Source: a virus. Taken from it: DNA of 64,000 nt. The notes below the pieces were generated by a model, which saw nothing but the letters and a program-made list of their open reading frames with translations, was not told the DNA's origin and searched no databases. Every line of letters begins with the position of its first letter. Position 1 is the stretch's first letter. This document shows positions 36,996-47,707 of the stretch, piece after piece. Where the stretch lies: the IMG/VR virus record IMGVR_UViG_3300046171_000173, positions 1-64,000 of that record. One strand, given 5' to 3'. Made by a program: the position numbers and the translations under genes.

Positions 36996-39159
36996 TTAAA
37001 CAGTTCCAATAACTTCATCGAACGAGATGCCAGTTCTTGTGGCAACGAATGTAAGACCAATAAAGTTAATTGACCTTGCAGGTTTAATGAAGATGTCTGC
37101 GACAAACTCATTACTATCTATGATGGCAGCAGTGTTATTTGTTTCATCACAAACAACTCTGAAATCAAAGATACCTCGTTTAGACTGAACATCACGAAGG
37201 AATGGTTCAACAATGTTCACAAAGTTCGTTCTTGTGATTTCATCGTTAAACTCAAAGAGTTGGTCTCTTGCAGCAGCGGAAATTGCTTCTTCAATGAAGA
37301 TAAACAATCTACGAACATTGATACGATCAAATGCTGATGCTTTACCGAAACCGGTTTTATCACCGAATAGGATGATTCCTGCTCCGGGTGAAAAGATCAC
37401 AGGGTTGATTCTATTACCATATAGAACATCTCTCTGTGTTTGATTAGGTGTATATGCAAGTTTAACTGCATTTAAAATTCCACCTCTCGCTGTTCCCGCT
37501 GGTGAGAACCAAGGGAAGTTGTTGATGTCATTTCTTGCACATGTTCCACCAATATCACCATTTAATGGGATATATCTGAATGTGTCAGAGAATCTATCGA
37601 ACATATACTTGTATCCACTATCGAATACCGCATATGAAGATGATGTAAGTGGTGCATAGAATCCAACCACATTACTTGTCATATCAGCAGCAGAGTTTAG
37701 TGTTCCTGTTCCGACTGCAGAGTCGTTAAGGAATGATCCTCTGTTTGGTGAGATGAATGCTACAACATCTTTTCTTAACTCAGCAATTGAGATAAGTTTG
37801 TTTGCTAATGCTTGTGCATCTGCTTGTGGGTAGTTTGCAGAACCCATGAGTAAGAAGTCAATATCAAACTCTTCCTTGTTTTCAAACAAGTCATATCCTG
37901 CAGTAATTCCACCTAAACTTGCACTCATTGCACCTGCTGTCAAGGTAGCAGCACCGTTATAGTTCTCTCCACCTGTAAGAGTCTTTGTTAAAACTCCAGA
38001 TCCAGCGAAAGAAATACCTTGTGCATCTTGATCCCATGCGACATCAGTTTGCTTAGTGAATCCACCAGCTACAAATGCAGTAGTTGTGATTCCAGATGAT
38101 GCAAGTGTTGGGCCACCCATACCAAATATATTGGATGAGTTATTGTAAATATACTTTCTCCAGTAGGATGGTGATCCAGCAGAGAACTCAGCATCTTTTG
38201 CTTTTGAAAGTCCTAAGTGCTTCTCAAGAACTGTACCAGCATTTCCTGTTACTGTTCCTTTGTCATCGATGACTACAACATGAACTTCATCAAATCTTGA
38301 ACTTCTTGCTGTTGCATAAGATGATGTTCCGGGTCTTTCTGCAATTGTATTCCAGTTGATAGTAGAGTTACTTAAAGTAATCTTCTGCTGATCAAACCAG
38401 TCTAAAGGTGTTGCTGCAGTTGTTGTGCTACCACCACCTGTGTTAGCAGACATACCGTAACTAATTACACCAGCACCGAATTTGTAAACTCCACCGGGTT
38501 GATAATCCTTTGTAGTCTCAATACCTGCATTAGATACATGAGATACAAACTTAACACCGATTGCACTACTGTTTACTTCAGTAATGATTCCTTTAAAGTA
38601 ACCATCAAGTAAAGAAGTTGTACCAGCACCGGGTAAAACTGTTCCTGAAGGAACTGCTTGAGTTACACCAGCACCAACTGTTAAGGTTGTTATACCTGCA
38701 GTTACTATCTGATCTGCTTTACCGTCAATTATGCAAACTTTAATATCGTTTGCCCAAGAACCGGGGTTTCTTGCTGCGACAACTGTATTTGATAAAGCAT
38801 TGAGATCATAACCTTTGTTATTATAATCTTGTGTACTTAATATTTTTATCTCAGGCGAACCATCGTCAGTTGCATTTGCTAGGTCGCTATCGTCCGATCT
38901 CACAACACTTAAGATACCACCATATGAAAGATATGATGAAGCAGTCAACCAATATTCATAGTGCTTGTCTATGTCTAGTGGTTCACCGAATGTATCAATT
39001 AAGTCTTGTTCGTTTTCAATCGTAGTAGGTTCATTGACCGGGCCCCTTTTGGAAAGGAGCAACAATACCAGCAGCCTTAGTGGTTGCGGTATCGACTCTA
39101 CCAATGGTAAGGTCAACTTCTCTAACAACGAGTCCGGGAGATGCTAAATTTAGAGGCAT
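36996..39159 (-). CDS. g18: Tail sheath protein gp18 (indels near the 5' end)
   Basis: LASPGLVVREVDLT start, PWFSPAG..RG, FDRINVRRLF, IKPARSINFI. Confidence 0.97.
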
Positions 39160-39240
39160 CTTGTATTCTCCGTAATGTCCAGAATTAATCTGAAATTATT
39201 TATTAAAACCCATGTTTATAGTGGGGAAACAGTGCATGAA

Positions 39241-39462
39241 CTACCAATCTGGGTATTCCCATTTGTTATTAATCGTCTTTTTAGTCCTTTTAACTCTTAG
39301 TTTAGTACAATCTTTACATTCGTATGAATATGAGGATAAAGTGGTTCGATTTCTTCTTGTTACATAAAAATCTTCCATAAGAGTCTTAACAACTCCGCAT
39401 GACCTACATTTTCTTTCTGTAAATAATAGATGTTCTAATTCAACTTGATCATCTAAATCCAC
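39241..39462 (-). CDS. Small zinc-finger protein
   Basis: RKCRSCGVVK...FY...SYECKDC...WEYPDW. Confidence 0.6.
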   Translation of the reverse strand: MDLDDQVELEHLLFTERKCRSCGVVKTLMEDFYVTRRNRTTLSSYSYECKDCTKLRVKRTKKTINNKWEYPDW

Positions 39463-41110
39463 TAGTAATAATCCCACATATATGATCGATCACCATATTC
39501 ATCCACCTGCCAAGTATCACCCTGACCATCAGTAAAGGAAGTTTCATCTAAACCATCTTGAATAAATCCGAATGGTGCCATATCTTGTTCAATTTGATTT
39601 CTTTGTTCTTCATATAATCTCTTTCGTATATCATTATCAGTCATTTCTTTGAAATAATCTTGTGCAACTAACCATGCAAATATAACTAAACACATTGCTA
39701 AGTCATCATTACAACCCTCTTCTGCCTCAAAAGAGTTATGTTTTTGTGAAAAAGTAGTCAATTCTGATATGATTTCATAATCCTTCACGAGTATTTTATC
39801 ATCCTCAAGTAAAGTTTTGAGGTTTGAGCATCCTAATTTCTTAACAGCAGCAGTAGTTCTGACACCTAACTGTGTCTTTTTACCGGAAAATCCTGTTCCT
39901 ACTACCTGTCCTGCACGACCTCTCATGGATGCCATGAGTAAATTATCATATTCAAGATCATAATGAATGATACTTGCAACCTGATCTCCGATATCATTTA
40001 CCTTCAACTAAAAGAAAAGCATCATTATATCCTTTTGCAACATCATAAATGACGCTAGGAAATAACATTGGTTTTATTTCGTTATTTTTATATTTGGCAA
40101 CTATATTGTATGGAAAATTAGTTATATCTACAACTATAAATGCTGAATAGTCATTGCCCAATCCACGAGCCACATCAACTGTAATTAAATACTGGTGATT
40201 AGGTATAGGTCTTTCATGCACATCTAATCCGGCATTTTTAGTTATTGGGTTTCTCATATACTAAGTTTTTAAGTTTAGCAGGATTAATAAGTGTATTGAC
40301 AGATCCTAAGAACTCACATTCAAACTCAACTTTAAATTGTTGCTCTGATGTGTTTGCAATTGTTTGATCTCTCCATTCTTCATCTCTCCCCGGAACTTCT
40401 GACCAATGAACTTCTGTTGGTACATATTCATTTTTACCTCTTTCTGAGTCATGCCACATACGGTAGAAATGATTCATACCTCGTGGTGTCGAGACTATTA
40501 TGACTTTGGTGCTTTGGCCAGAAGAAATAGTAGGATAAACAGAGGCAAAGAAGTCGTCAGCAATGTGATTCGGGATAAAAGCGAACTCGTCGAGAAAGAT
40601 GACATTATAGGAACCGCCTCGGACAGCAGATGAAGAAGTAGAGTTAGCTGATATTTTGGATCCATTTTCTAATTCCAGAGAACCTTTATTCCATGCAATA
40701 ATACCCTGTTGCATCCATTTTGGCAAGTTTTCGTATGCCAACTGTAATCTGCCTAATAAATCACGGGCAGTTGATGCTTTGTTTGCAAGTATTGCAATGT
40801 TTACATTATCATTAAAAACAGCATAATGTAATAAGTATGATACACAAGTCGTTGACTTTCCAGTCTGACGAGGCATTTTACAGATATTGAATCTACTCTC
40901 GTGGAAATTTCTAATTAATTTCTCTTGGAAATCATAGAGACTAAAAGGAACTAGTCCACTATCAAGAGAAACTATCTTAATATATTTTCTTGCAAAATAA
41001 ACTGGATCTTCCTTACATCGCACAAACTCAAGTATTTGATCTTGAGTAAAGTTGATTGCAGTGTTTGCTTTTTTTAGATTCGGATTTCCAAGGTAAACAT
41101 TATCAGACAT
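39462..41110 (-). CDS. g17: Terminase large subunit gp17 (apparent indels near 40250 and 40000)
   Basis: PRQTGKST, FLDEFAF, VSTPRG, VDVARG..DYS, NDDLAM. Confidence 0.96.
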
Positions 41111-41117
41111 AATTTAA

Positions 41118-43477
41118 TCAGCAGTTCCAGCGTCTTCGTGCTTGTCTTAATCGACTATCCGGATCTTTTGCTGCTTTTGGAAACTTTTTCATTTGCCCTG
41201 CACTTCGTGCACAGTAACTTTTTCTTCTATTCGATGCTTTAGAACCTTTCTTTAATTTGGAAGGTTCTGTAGTTACAGCAGTCTTTAATTTTGATCCGGG
41301 ATTTTTACGACGATATGCTTCGACACCTTTTTGTGTCATTCCAGCACCTGATTTTGTGGGTCTCTTGTGTCCAGACTTGACACTCATACCCTTCATATCG
41401 TCTTCAGATAACTTTTTTACTTCGTCCTTACCCTCATAACCTATTTCATCTCTCCAGTTTACCATAGATTCACCGACTTTTTTCTTCACACAGTTTGGAT
41501 ATCTCTTACCAAACATAGTTTTCATACCTTTCTTCTCATAACCTTTCCAGCACTTTTCATCTAGATTCTCTTCCTTCATACCTTTTTTCTTTTTCTTAGC
41601 AACCATTAAGTCCATGATTCTCTGTTTCTTAGAGATTGCAATTGCTGCCTGTTGTGCAGGATTCATTGCTTCACTTGTGACACCTGCTTTTGATCTTTCT
41701 TTTTCAGAGATGCTCTTAATGATCATCTTTAACTTTGCTCTCTTACCATATGGATTTGGTTTTTTATTATCAAATCCTGCCATTGCACCTTTTGGTTTAC
41801 CATCTCCTTTAAAGATACCGTATGATGCACCTTCAGCAGTTGTAGTGGTATGATCTTCATCAGGAGTGTTTGTTGCAAGATTTTTTGCTTTTTGTTTTTT
41901 AGAGATCTTTGGGCCACCTATCGGATCGCCATACTCATCTCTTTTCATTTCACCTAAATCAGTTCTCCAATCAGAAGGATTAAGTGGTTCTGGTTTGATG
42001 ATATCTACTGCTTCAACTTCAGTAAACTTGATATCGTCTTTCTTCCAATCTTGAACTAACAATTCACTCTCAATCACACTGTTTTCTTTCATGTGATCTG
42101 CTGCCTTGTATAAGGGTTTACCAGTCTTCACACTCTTTTTACCTGCCTTATAATCCTGATATGCTTTGGTATTTGCTTTTTTATCAGCGTTAGTTACAGT
42201 CATTGGCATTTCTAATCCCTCTGACTTATTACCCCAGTTTGCAGCACCTACTTTACGACACTTAACTAATGCACCTGATGCATATGCACTTGGCCATACA
42301 GAGTATCTTGACTTAACTTTATGATAGCAAGCATCTTTAGATCCACTACCTTTACCTTTCTTATCTTTTACTTCACTAATAATATCATATATTGTTCCTG
42401 TTTCTGAACGATACTTTTCTTTTGGTTCATTTGGTATTACATACTCAACACTAAGTTCGTCTCCAACTTCTACATTGTTCTCTGCAAACCATCCACGATT
42501 TACTTCGATTGCTAATTCAATCGCACCTTCTGAATATACTGGACTGGATTATTTGGTTCTAATTCTTTAATACTTTCGATAACACCATCTTCTCTGATAA
42601 ATGCAATATCAAGAGGAATCTTAGTTTCAGTCATATGAAAAGACTGTTGTGCAATATTATCAAATACAAAAAGCATACCGCCATCTGTATCTAAACTTTC
42701 ACGGAACATTAATCCTTGTTTGAAATCTAAAGAACTCTTGTGGAAGTTCTAATCTCAAAGGTAATGTTGTAAATTCTTCTTTCATTTTTTTCTTTGGATC
42801 AGTTGATACCATTGTTGGTGCTGCTGCACCTGATTTTTGTGGTTGACCGGGATCTGCTGCTCTTTTTCTTCTTGCAGCACTATCTCTTTCCTTATCACTC
42901 ATAGATGATCTCTTTGATGAAGAGGTACATTTAGGAGTTGTTTTTTGACCGGGTTGGCGAGCACAAGGGCTTACCATCATATTTACCACCAACTTGAACC
43001 CAACCTTTTACTTTGCGTCCAGACTTAGTAGTTCCACTTGATTTACCAAACCAAGCACGAAGACCTTCTTCGTTAACTTCTTTACTATCAAGATAATCTG
43101 CAGCAGTATCTAAGTAATCAGATGCCTTAGTTATCTTTGATTGAACCCATGCCTTGAAATTGTCTTTCTTGCGTGAATGTTTGACAATCCTCTTAGATGC
43201 TCTACCTGCAGTCTTCAATTGATTACGAATCATTTCTGGTTCATGATCACCATGCTTATCTTCATTCATTGCTTTTTCTAAATCATCTGCTTGTTTTGCA
43301 TGTGTTTTAGAACCACTCTTTAGTTTTTTAACCAAATGTTTTATAAATGGTTTATCTTTTTTATCTAAAGTTTCTTTCATAAGGAAACCATCATCACGAA
43401 CGAATAGATCCTTCGGGAATTGGTTTACACTTCTGATCAGTGTTGCAATAGTAATATCCTTTTTTACAGGATTTCAT
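41118..43477 (-). CDS. Large basic multi-module protein (~785 aa reconstructed) with an internal DUF192-like domain
   Basis: Begins MKSCKKGYYYC, TAATG-coupled to g16. ORFs 42931..43380, 42699..42992, 42512..42709 and 41118..42209 join via single indels, and the last is open in frame upstream of its track start (..NWGNKSEGLE-MPMT). Confidence 0.7.
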
Positions 43478-43914
43478 TATTCAGTAGTTTCTGAGTCATT
43501 ATTATTTAGAATACCTTGTTTTAGTAATTTTGACAACTCGCTTGTAGATCCAACAAATAAGGCATTATTCGTGACATTATTTTGTGTTTTAGTACCCTCT
43601 TCATCTATATCTTTCATCTTCTTCTGAAGATCCATCAACTTATCTGTACTATCTGCAACTGATTTAATTAACTGTCCTGCAACTTCATATGCTCTTGGAC
43701 TTGCACTTTCACCAGCAACTTCCATAATACCATTGATTGCTTCTTGTCCCTTTTCAATTAGAGAATATAATTGACCTCTTGTATACTTATAATCTTTCTC
43801 AACATCATTCTTTTTTAAAGCAACATTAGGTAAATCAGGTTTTGATTCATCTTTTTTTATAATCGATGTTTCAACATTTAAAGATTTTTCAATATCACCA
43901 AAATTAGTGTTCAT
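43477..43914 (-). CDS. g16: Terminase small subunit gp16
   Basis: DYKYTRGQLY, SPRAYEV, NNALFVGSTSEL. Confidence 0.92.
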   Translation of the reverse strand: MNTNFGDIEKSLNVETSIIKKDESKPDLPNVALKKNDVEKDYKYTRGQLYSLIEKGQEAINGIMEVAGESASPRAYEVAGQLIKSVADSTDKLMDLQKKMKDIDEEGTKTQNNVTNNALFVGSTSELSKLLKQGILNNNDSETTE

Positions 43915-44960
43915 TATGAGTCTGTCCTTGTTGCAGGATTGAATTGTAATGAATCAGTAAAGATACTGGAAGATTCACTAAATCCAAAATCGTCACCAAT
44001 ATCTATAAGATTATCATCTGCTGTAGTTAATTTATTAACCTTTGCCTGTTCAAGATGCTCGACTTTAAGTGTTCTATCAAATCCTCTTTTAACGACCAAA
44101 GTAGGTTGCATCAGGTTTTTCTTTCACCTGCATTACCTCACTATCAATTACAATACGATCTCCAACAGAGAAGTTGGATGTATCATTTACTGTTATTCTA
44201 ACTGCTGTTGCTGAGATGTTAAATGTTAGAACTTCTGTATTCGCACCATCATAATCTTTAACTGCTTTTGGTGTAGCAACATAACGAAGTTCTCTTCTCT
44301 TATTCTCACGATCCATGTTAGTGTGATAATCCAACTGAACCTTCTTAATAAGTCCTTCAGGAGTATCAGCAACAGGGCCGAATAGATAAGTTTTAGCAGT
44401 AAAACTGAGTGTGTATATTAATGCTCTTCTTGTTGCAAAATCTCCTTCGTAATCATCTTGAATGATATATTATCTAATACAACACTAATATCTCTTTTCT
44501 CTCCAATGACACTTACTAAGTCTACAGTTAAATTAAAAGATGGTTGAAAGAATGGTAGTATTTGTTCAACTATCTGAAGTCCATCATCGTTTAGTTTAAC
44601 TAAGACATTTAATTCAAAACCAATATTATATGGAACTGGCATGAAAACTTTTCTTAAATTTGTTCCATCAGATGCTTTGAATGTTTGTGTAATTGATGAT
44701 TTTCTTGTTGCATCATAAGCAATGTTTGTCATCTCAAAAGACATTCTAGGTAATGTAATTTGAGTTGCACGATTTAAATCAGGTTGTTGTTCAATTCTTG
44801 CTAAAAACTTTTGCATTGGGCCGTATGCCAAAGCAACTTTCATATCGCTAATTGATTTACCAGTATTATCCTTATGACGTATATGAATATCATTGAACAA
44901 TGTTCCAAACGATATAACCGTCTTTCTAAGTATTTCGTGATAAAAATAAGTGCCTAACAT
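43914..44960 (-). CDS. g15: Tail sheath stabiliser / terminator gp15 (indels; extra beta-domain)
   Basis: YFYHEILRK..FGTLFNDI, LPRMSFE, PVPYN, EQILPFF, YTLSFTAKTYLFGP in the shifted frame. Confidence 0.9.
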
Positions 44961-46624
44961 TAATATGTACCAAATGGGTTAGTTTCTGCAAAATCAATGA
45001 TGTTATCTGCCTCAAGTTCAAATTCATCATTATCACTGTATGCATCGTATATATCTTCCTGTTGATATTGGCGAACATTGTATGCAACAAATGATGTTGT
45101 ACCTATGGATATTGATGTAGTTGTTACACCAGTGTTTATAGATGGATCGGCAATGGTTATTTGACTATTTCCAATTCCTATTATTGTAACCCCAAGTCCA
45201 ATGACATTATCAATCGCTGATACTGCAGCACCAACTGTTAAACCGGTGGTGTTAACACCTGTCAATACTGTGGTAGATATACCAATTACTGTTGTTTTAT
45301 CACTAGAAGGGACAAAAATTGTTTTATATGATCTATGTCCTGTTCCGGCATCGATGCCAATTTGAATTCTAACTTCTTCACCCGGAATAAATCCATTCAC
45401 TGTTGATCCAATTCCAACATTAGAAATCTTAAGAACCTTAGTATCTGCATCCCATGATTTGACTCTTGCTTCTGTATGTGATGTCTGACCAACAATAAGA
45501 TCATTAAGTAAGTAATTACCACGACCAGTAATAATATTTGGATCTCCGATTGTAACTGCTGGTGCAACTGTATATCCAACTCCGGGGTTAACGGGTCTTA
45601 TAGACGATACTTTCGCATTTCCGACATCAACCACCACTGATGCAGTTGCAGTCGTTCCAGCACCGCTAGGCCCTGCAATGGTGACAGTTGGTTGTGTAGT
45701 ATATCCTGATCCTTCTGCAGTAATCGTATATGATATCACACCTCTTCCAGATGTTGTCAATCCACAAGTTGCGATTGCTCCACTTCCACCACCACCAATA
45801 ATACTAATATCAGGTGCAACGGTATATCCAGCACCTGCGTTTGTTAGTACAAGTTCTTTAATTGAGAAGACACCATTCCTTTCAGTTGTGATTGCAACAG
45901 CAGATGCGTTTACACCTGTTGCAGATCTTGAAGTTGAAATGAATACTGTTGGTAATGATGTATAACCAGATCCATCATTAAGTATTGTGAGTGAATTTAG
46001 ATATCCTGATTGAGCAGGTGCAAGAGTTGCAGATGCAGTCGCTGTTGCACCTGACCCAACAAGATTGAGTGTTGTAATAAATCCTTGATCTTCAACCTCA
46101 GAATCAATTATATCTAAACCAGTATCAATAACCTCATCCTCATATTCAAAGAGTTCACATTGAAGTTGATAAACATAGTTCTTACCTAACTGATAGAAAG
46201 GTTGTTCATGTTCTACAAACTTAACTTCAAATAATCTTGATCCTAATGGGAAGAATATTAAATCACCCTCTCTTGGTCTTGATCCCAATTCATAATCAGA
46301 TGGATCTAAAAATGGAGCAATAAAATCTGTAAATCTTTCTTGCGATATTGTAAGTGTAACCTCATCCTTCAAACTTACACCAAACTTCGTCATAATATCA
46401 CCAGCACCTGAATATCCCTCATATGTATTCACATATGCTTCCAATAAAAAATTATCATCAAATTTAGATGATTGTACCTCTTCTATAATTGATGTTTTGT
46501 TTACAAATTTTCTCGGAATATAAGTAATCTCCACCCCATAAATTTGCAGTTGCTCATTTATGAGATTTTGTATTAATCTCTGTTCACCGGGAGATCCTTG
46601 TAGAAAAAAGGGATTGAGTGCCAT
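44960..46624 (-). CDS. g14: Neck protein gp14 with inserted GxGYT repeats
   Basis: MALNPFF, RPREGDLIFFP, PFYQLGK, C-terminal DFAETNPFG. Confidence 0.92.
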   Translation of the reverse strand: MALNPFFLQGSPGEQRLIQNLINEQLQIYGVEITYIPRKFVNKTSIIEEVQSSKFDDNFLLEAYVNTYEGYSGAGDIMTKFGVSLKDEVTLTISQERFTDFIAPFLDPSDYELGSRPREGDLIFFPLGSRLFEVKFVEHEQPFYQLGKNYVYQLQCELFEYEDEVIDTGLDIIDSEVEDQGFITTLNLVGSGATATASATLAPAQSGYLNSLTILNDGSGYTSLPTVFISTSRSATGVNASAVAITTERNGVFSIKELVLTNAGAGYTVAPDISIIGGGGSGAIATCGLTTSGRGVISYTITAEGSGYTTQPTVTIAGPSGAGTTATASVVVDVGNAKVSSIRPVNPGVGYTVAPAVTIGDPNIITGRGNYLLNDLIVGQTSHTEARVKSWDADTKVLKISNVGIGSTVNGFIPGEEVRIQIGIDAGTGHRSYKTIFVPSSDKTTVIGISTTVLTGVNTTGLTVGAAVSAIDNVIGLGVTIIGIGNSQITIADPSINTGVTTTSISIGTTSFVAYNVRQYQQEDIYDAYSDNDEFELEADNIIDFAETNPFGTY

Positions 46625-46629
46625 ACATT

Positions 46630-47487
46630 CTACCCGATAAAGTCAAGAGGAGGTAACTCGTATTCGAGTTGCATCTTCTGTTTGATTGCATCTAATTCTC
46701 TTTGGCCATCGTCATATATTTCTCTTCCGTTTAACTCCAATCCACCCGGAAGTTTAACTCCTCTAAACTTAATTAAATTCTGACCCCACTGTCTTTTTAG
46801 TAATGCAGTAAAATACATCTTTAAAAATGGATCATTGTAAACCTTTGTAAAAGTATTTGGATCTAAAATTCTTTGGCAGTCAATAACTATAAAATCACCA
46901 GCATTTATGGAGTTATAATCCATGTCAAGATATAAACGATTTTGTTTTTTATTAAATCTTATTTGTTTTTCTGGTGTAAGTAAAAAATCAATATCTTCAA
47001 GATATGATTTTGTCATTGAATACTGCATAAGTTCAACTGAGTTGAAATAATACAAGTCATTCAAAAATAACTGATATTTAATACTGAACATACCACCAGA
47101 TATTGAACTACTATCAAACTTAAATATTTTTTCAATTCCAATTACAGAATCTGGAATCTGAATAAAGTTTGAGTTCTCGACAAAACTTGATGTAGTAGTA
47201 CCATATCCACTTATTGTGGTAGAAGTACCTGTTGTTGTTACAATACCTGCAGTTGTAGTAGCATCTGTTTCAGATGTGGCCTTACCTCTATCAATTTCAT
47301 CTTGAGTAAACTCGTGTTTGAGAAACATTTCCTCAACACCATCAAAATGTCTTTCATTAAAGACTTGTATCGAATCATCCAACAAGTCATCAATCTGATC
47401 ATCATCAATATTAATTTCCAGCACGGGAGCACCTAGTTGCCTAAGTCCGTAGTCAATTAATCCTTGTCTTGATGATGGTTGTGCCAT
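46630..47487 (-). CDS. g13: Neck protein gp13
   Basis: LRQLGAPVLEINI, KRQWGQNLIKF, LPGG..LNG. Confidence 0.94.
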   Translation of the reverse strand: MAQPSSRQGLIDYGLRQLGAPVLEINIDDDQIDDLLDDSIQVFNERHFDGVEEMFLKHEFTQDEIDRGKATSETDATTTAGIVTTTGTSTTISGYGTTTSSFVENSNFIQIPDSVIGIEKIFKFDSSSISGGMFSIKYQLFLNDLYYFNSVELMQYSMTKSYLEDIDFLLTPEKQIRFNKKQNRLYLDMDYNSINAGDFIVIDCQRILDPNTFTKVYNDPFLKMYFTALLKRQWGQNLIKFRGVKLPGGLELNGREIYDDGQRELDAIKQKMQLEYELPPLDFIG

Positions 47488-47699
47488 TATTCTGCTTCTA
47501 CCTCAGATGCTAGGTTTTCATACTTAGTTTGCCACTCAAGTGCTTCTGCTGCCAATTGAGTTTTCTCATCATTAAAGTCTGTCATTACAGTTGTCAATTT
47601 CGCTTCCAAAAGAATATTTTGGTTAGTTAATGTAGAAATCTTTTGATTATAAATTTTAATCAAAGTGTTTACATCAACATCATTATTAGAGTTTGTCAT
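47487..47699 (-). CDS. Small coiled-coil protein
   Basis: LIKIYNQKISTLTNQNILLEAKL heptads. Confidence 0.6.
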   Translation of the reverse strand: MTNSNNDVDVNTLIKIYNQKISTLTNQNILLEAKLTTVMTDFNDEKTQLAAEALEWQTKYENLASEVEAE

Positions 47700-47707
47700 T
47701 GTTTAGG

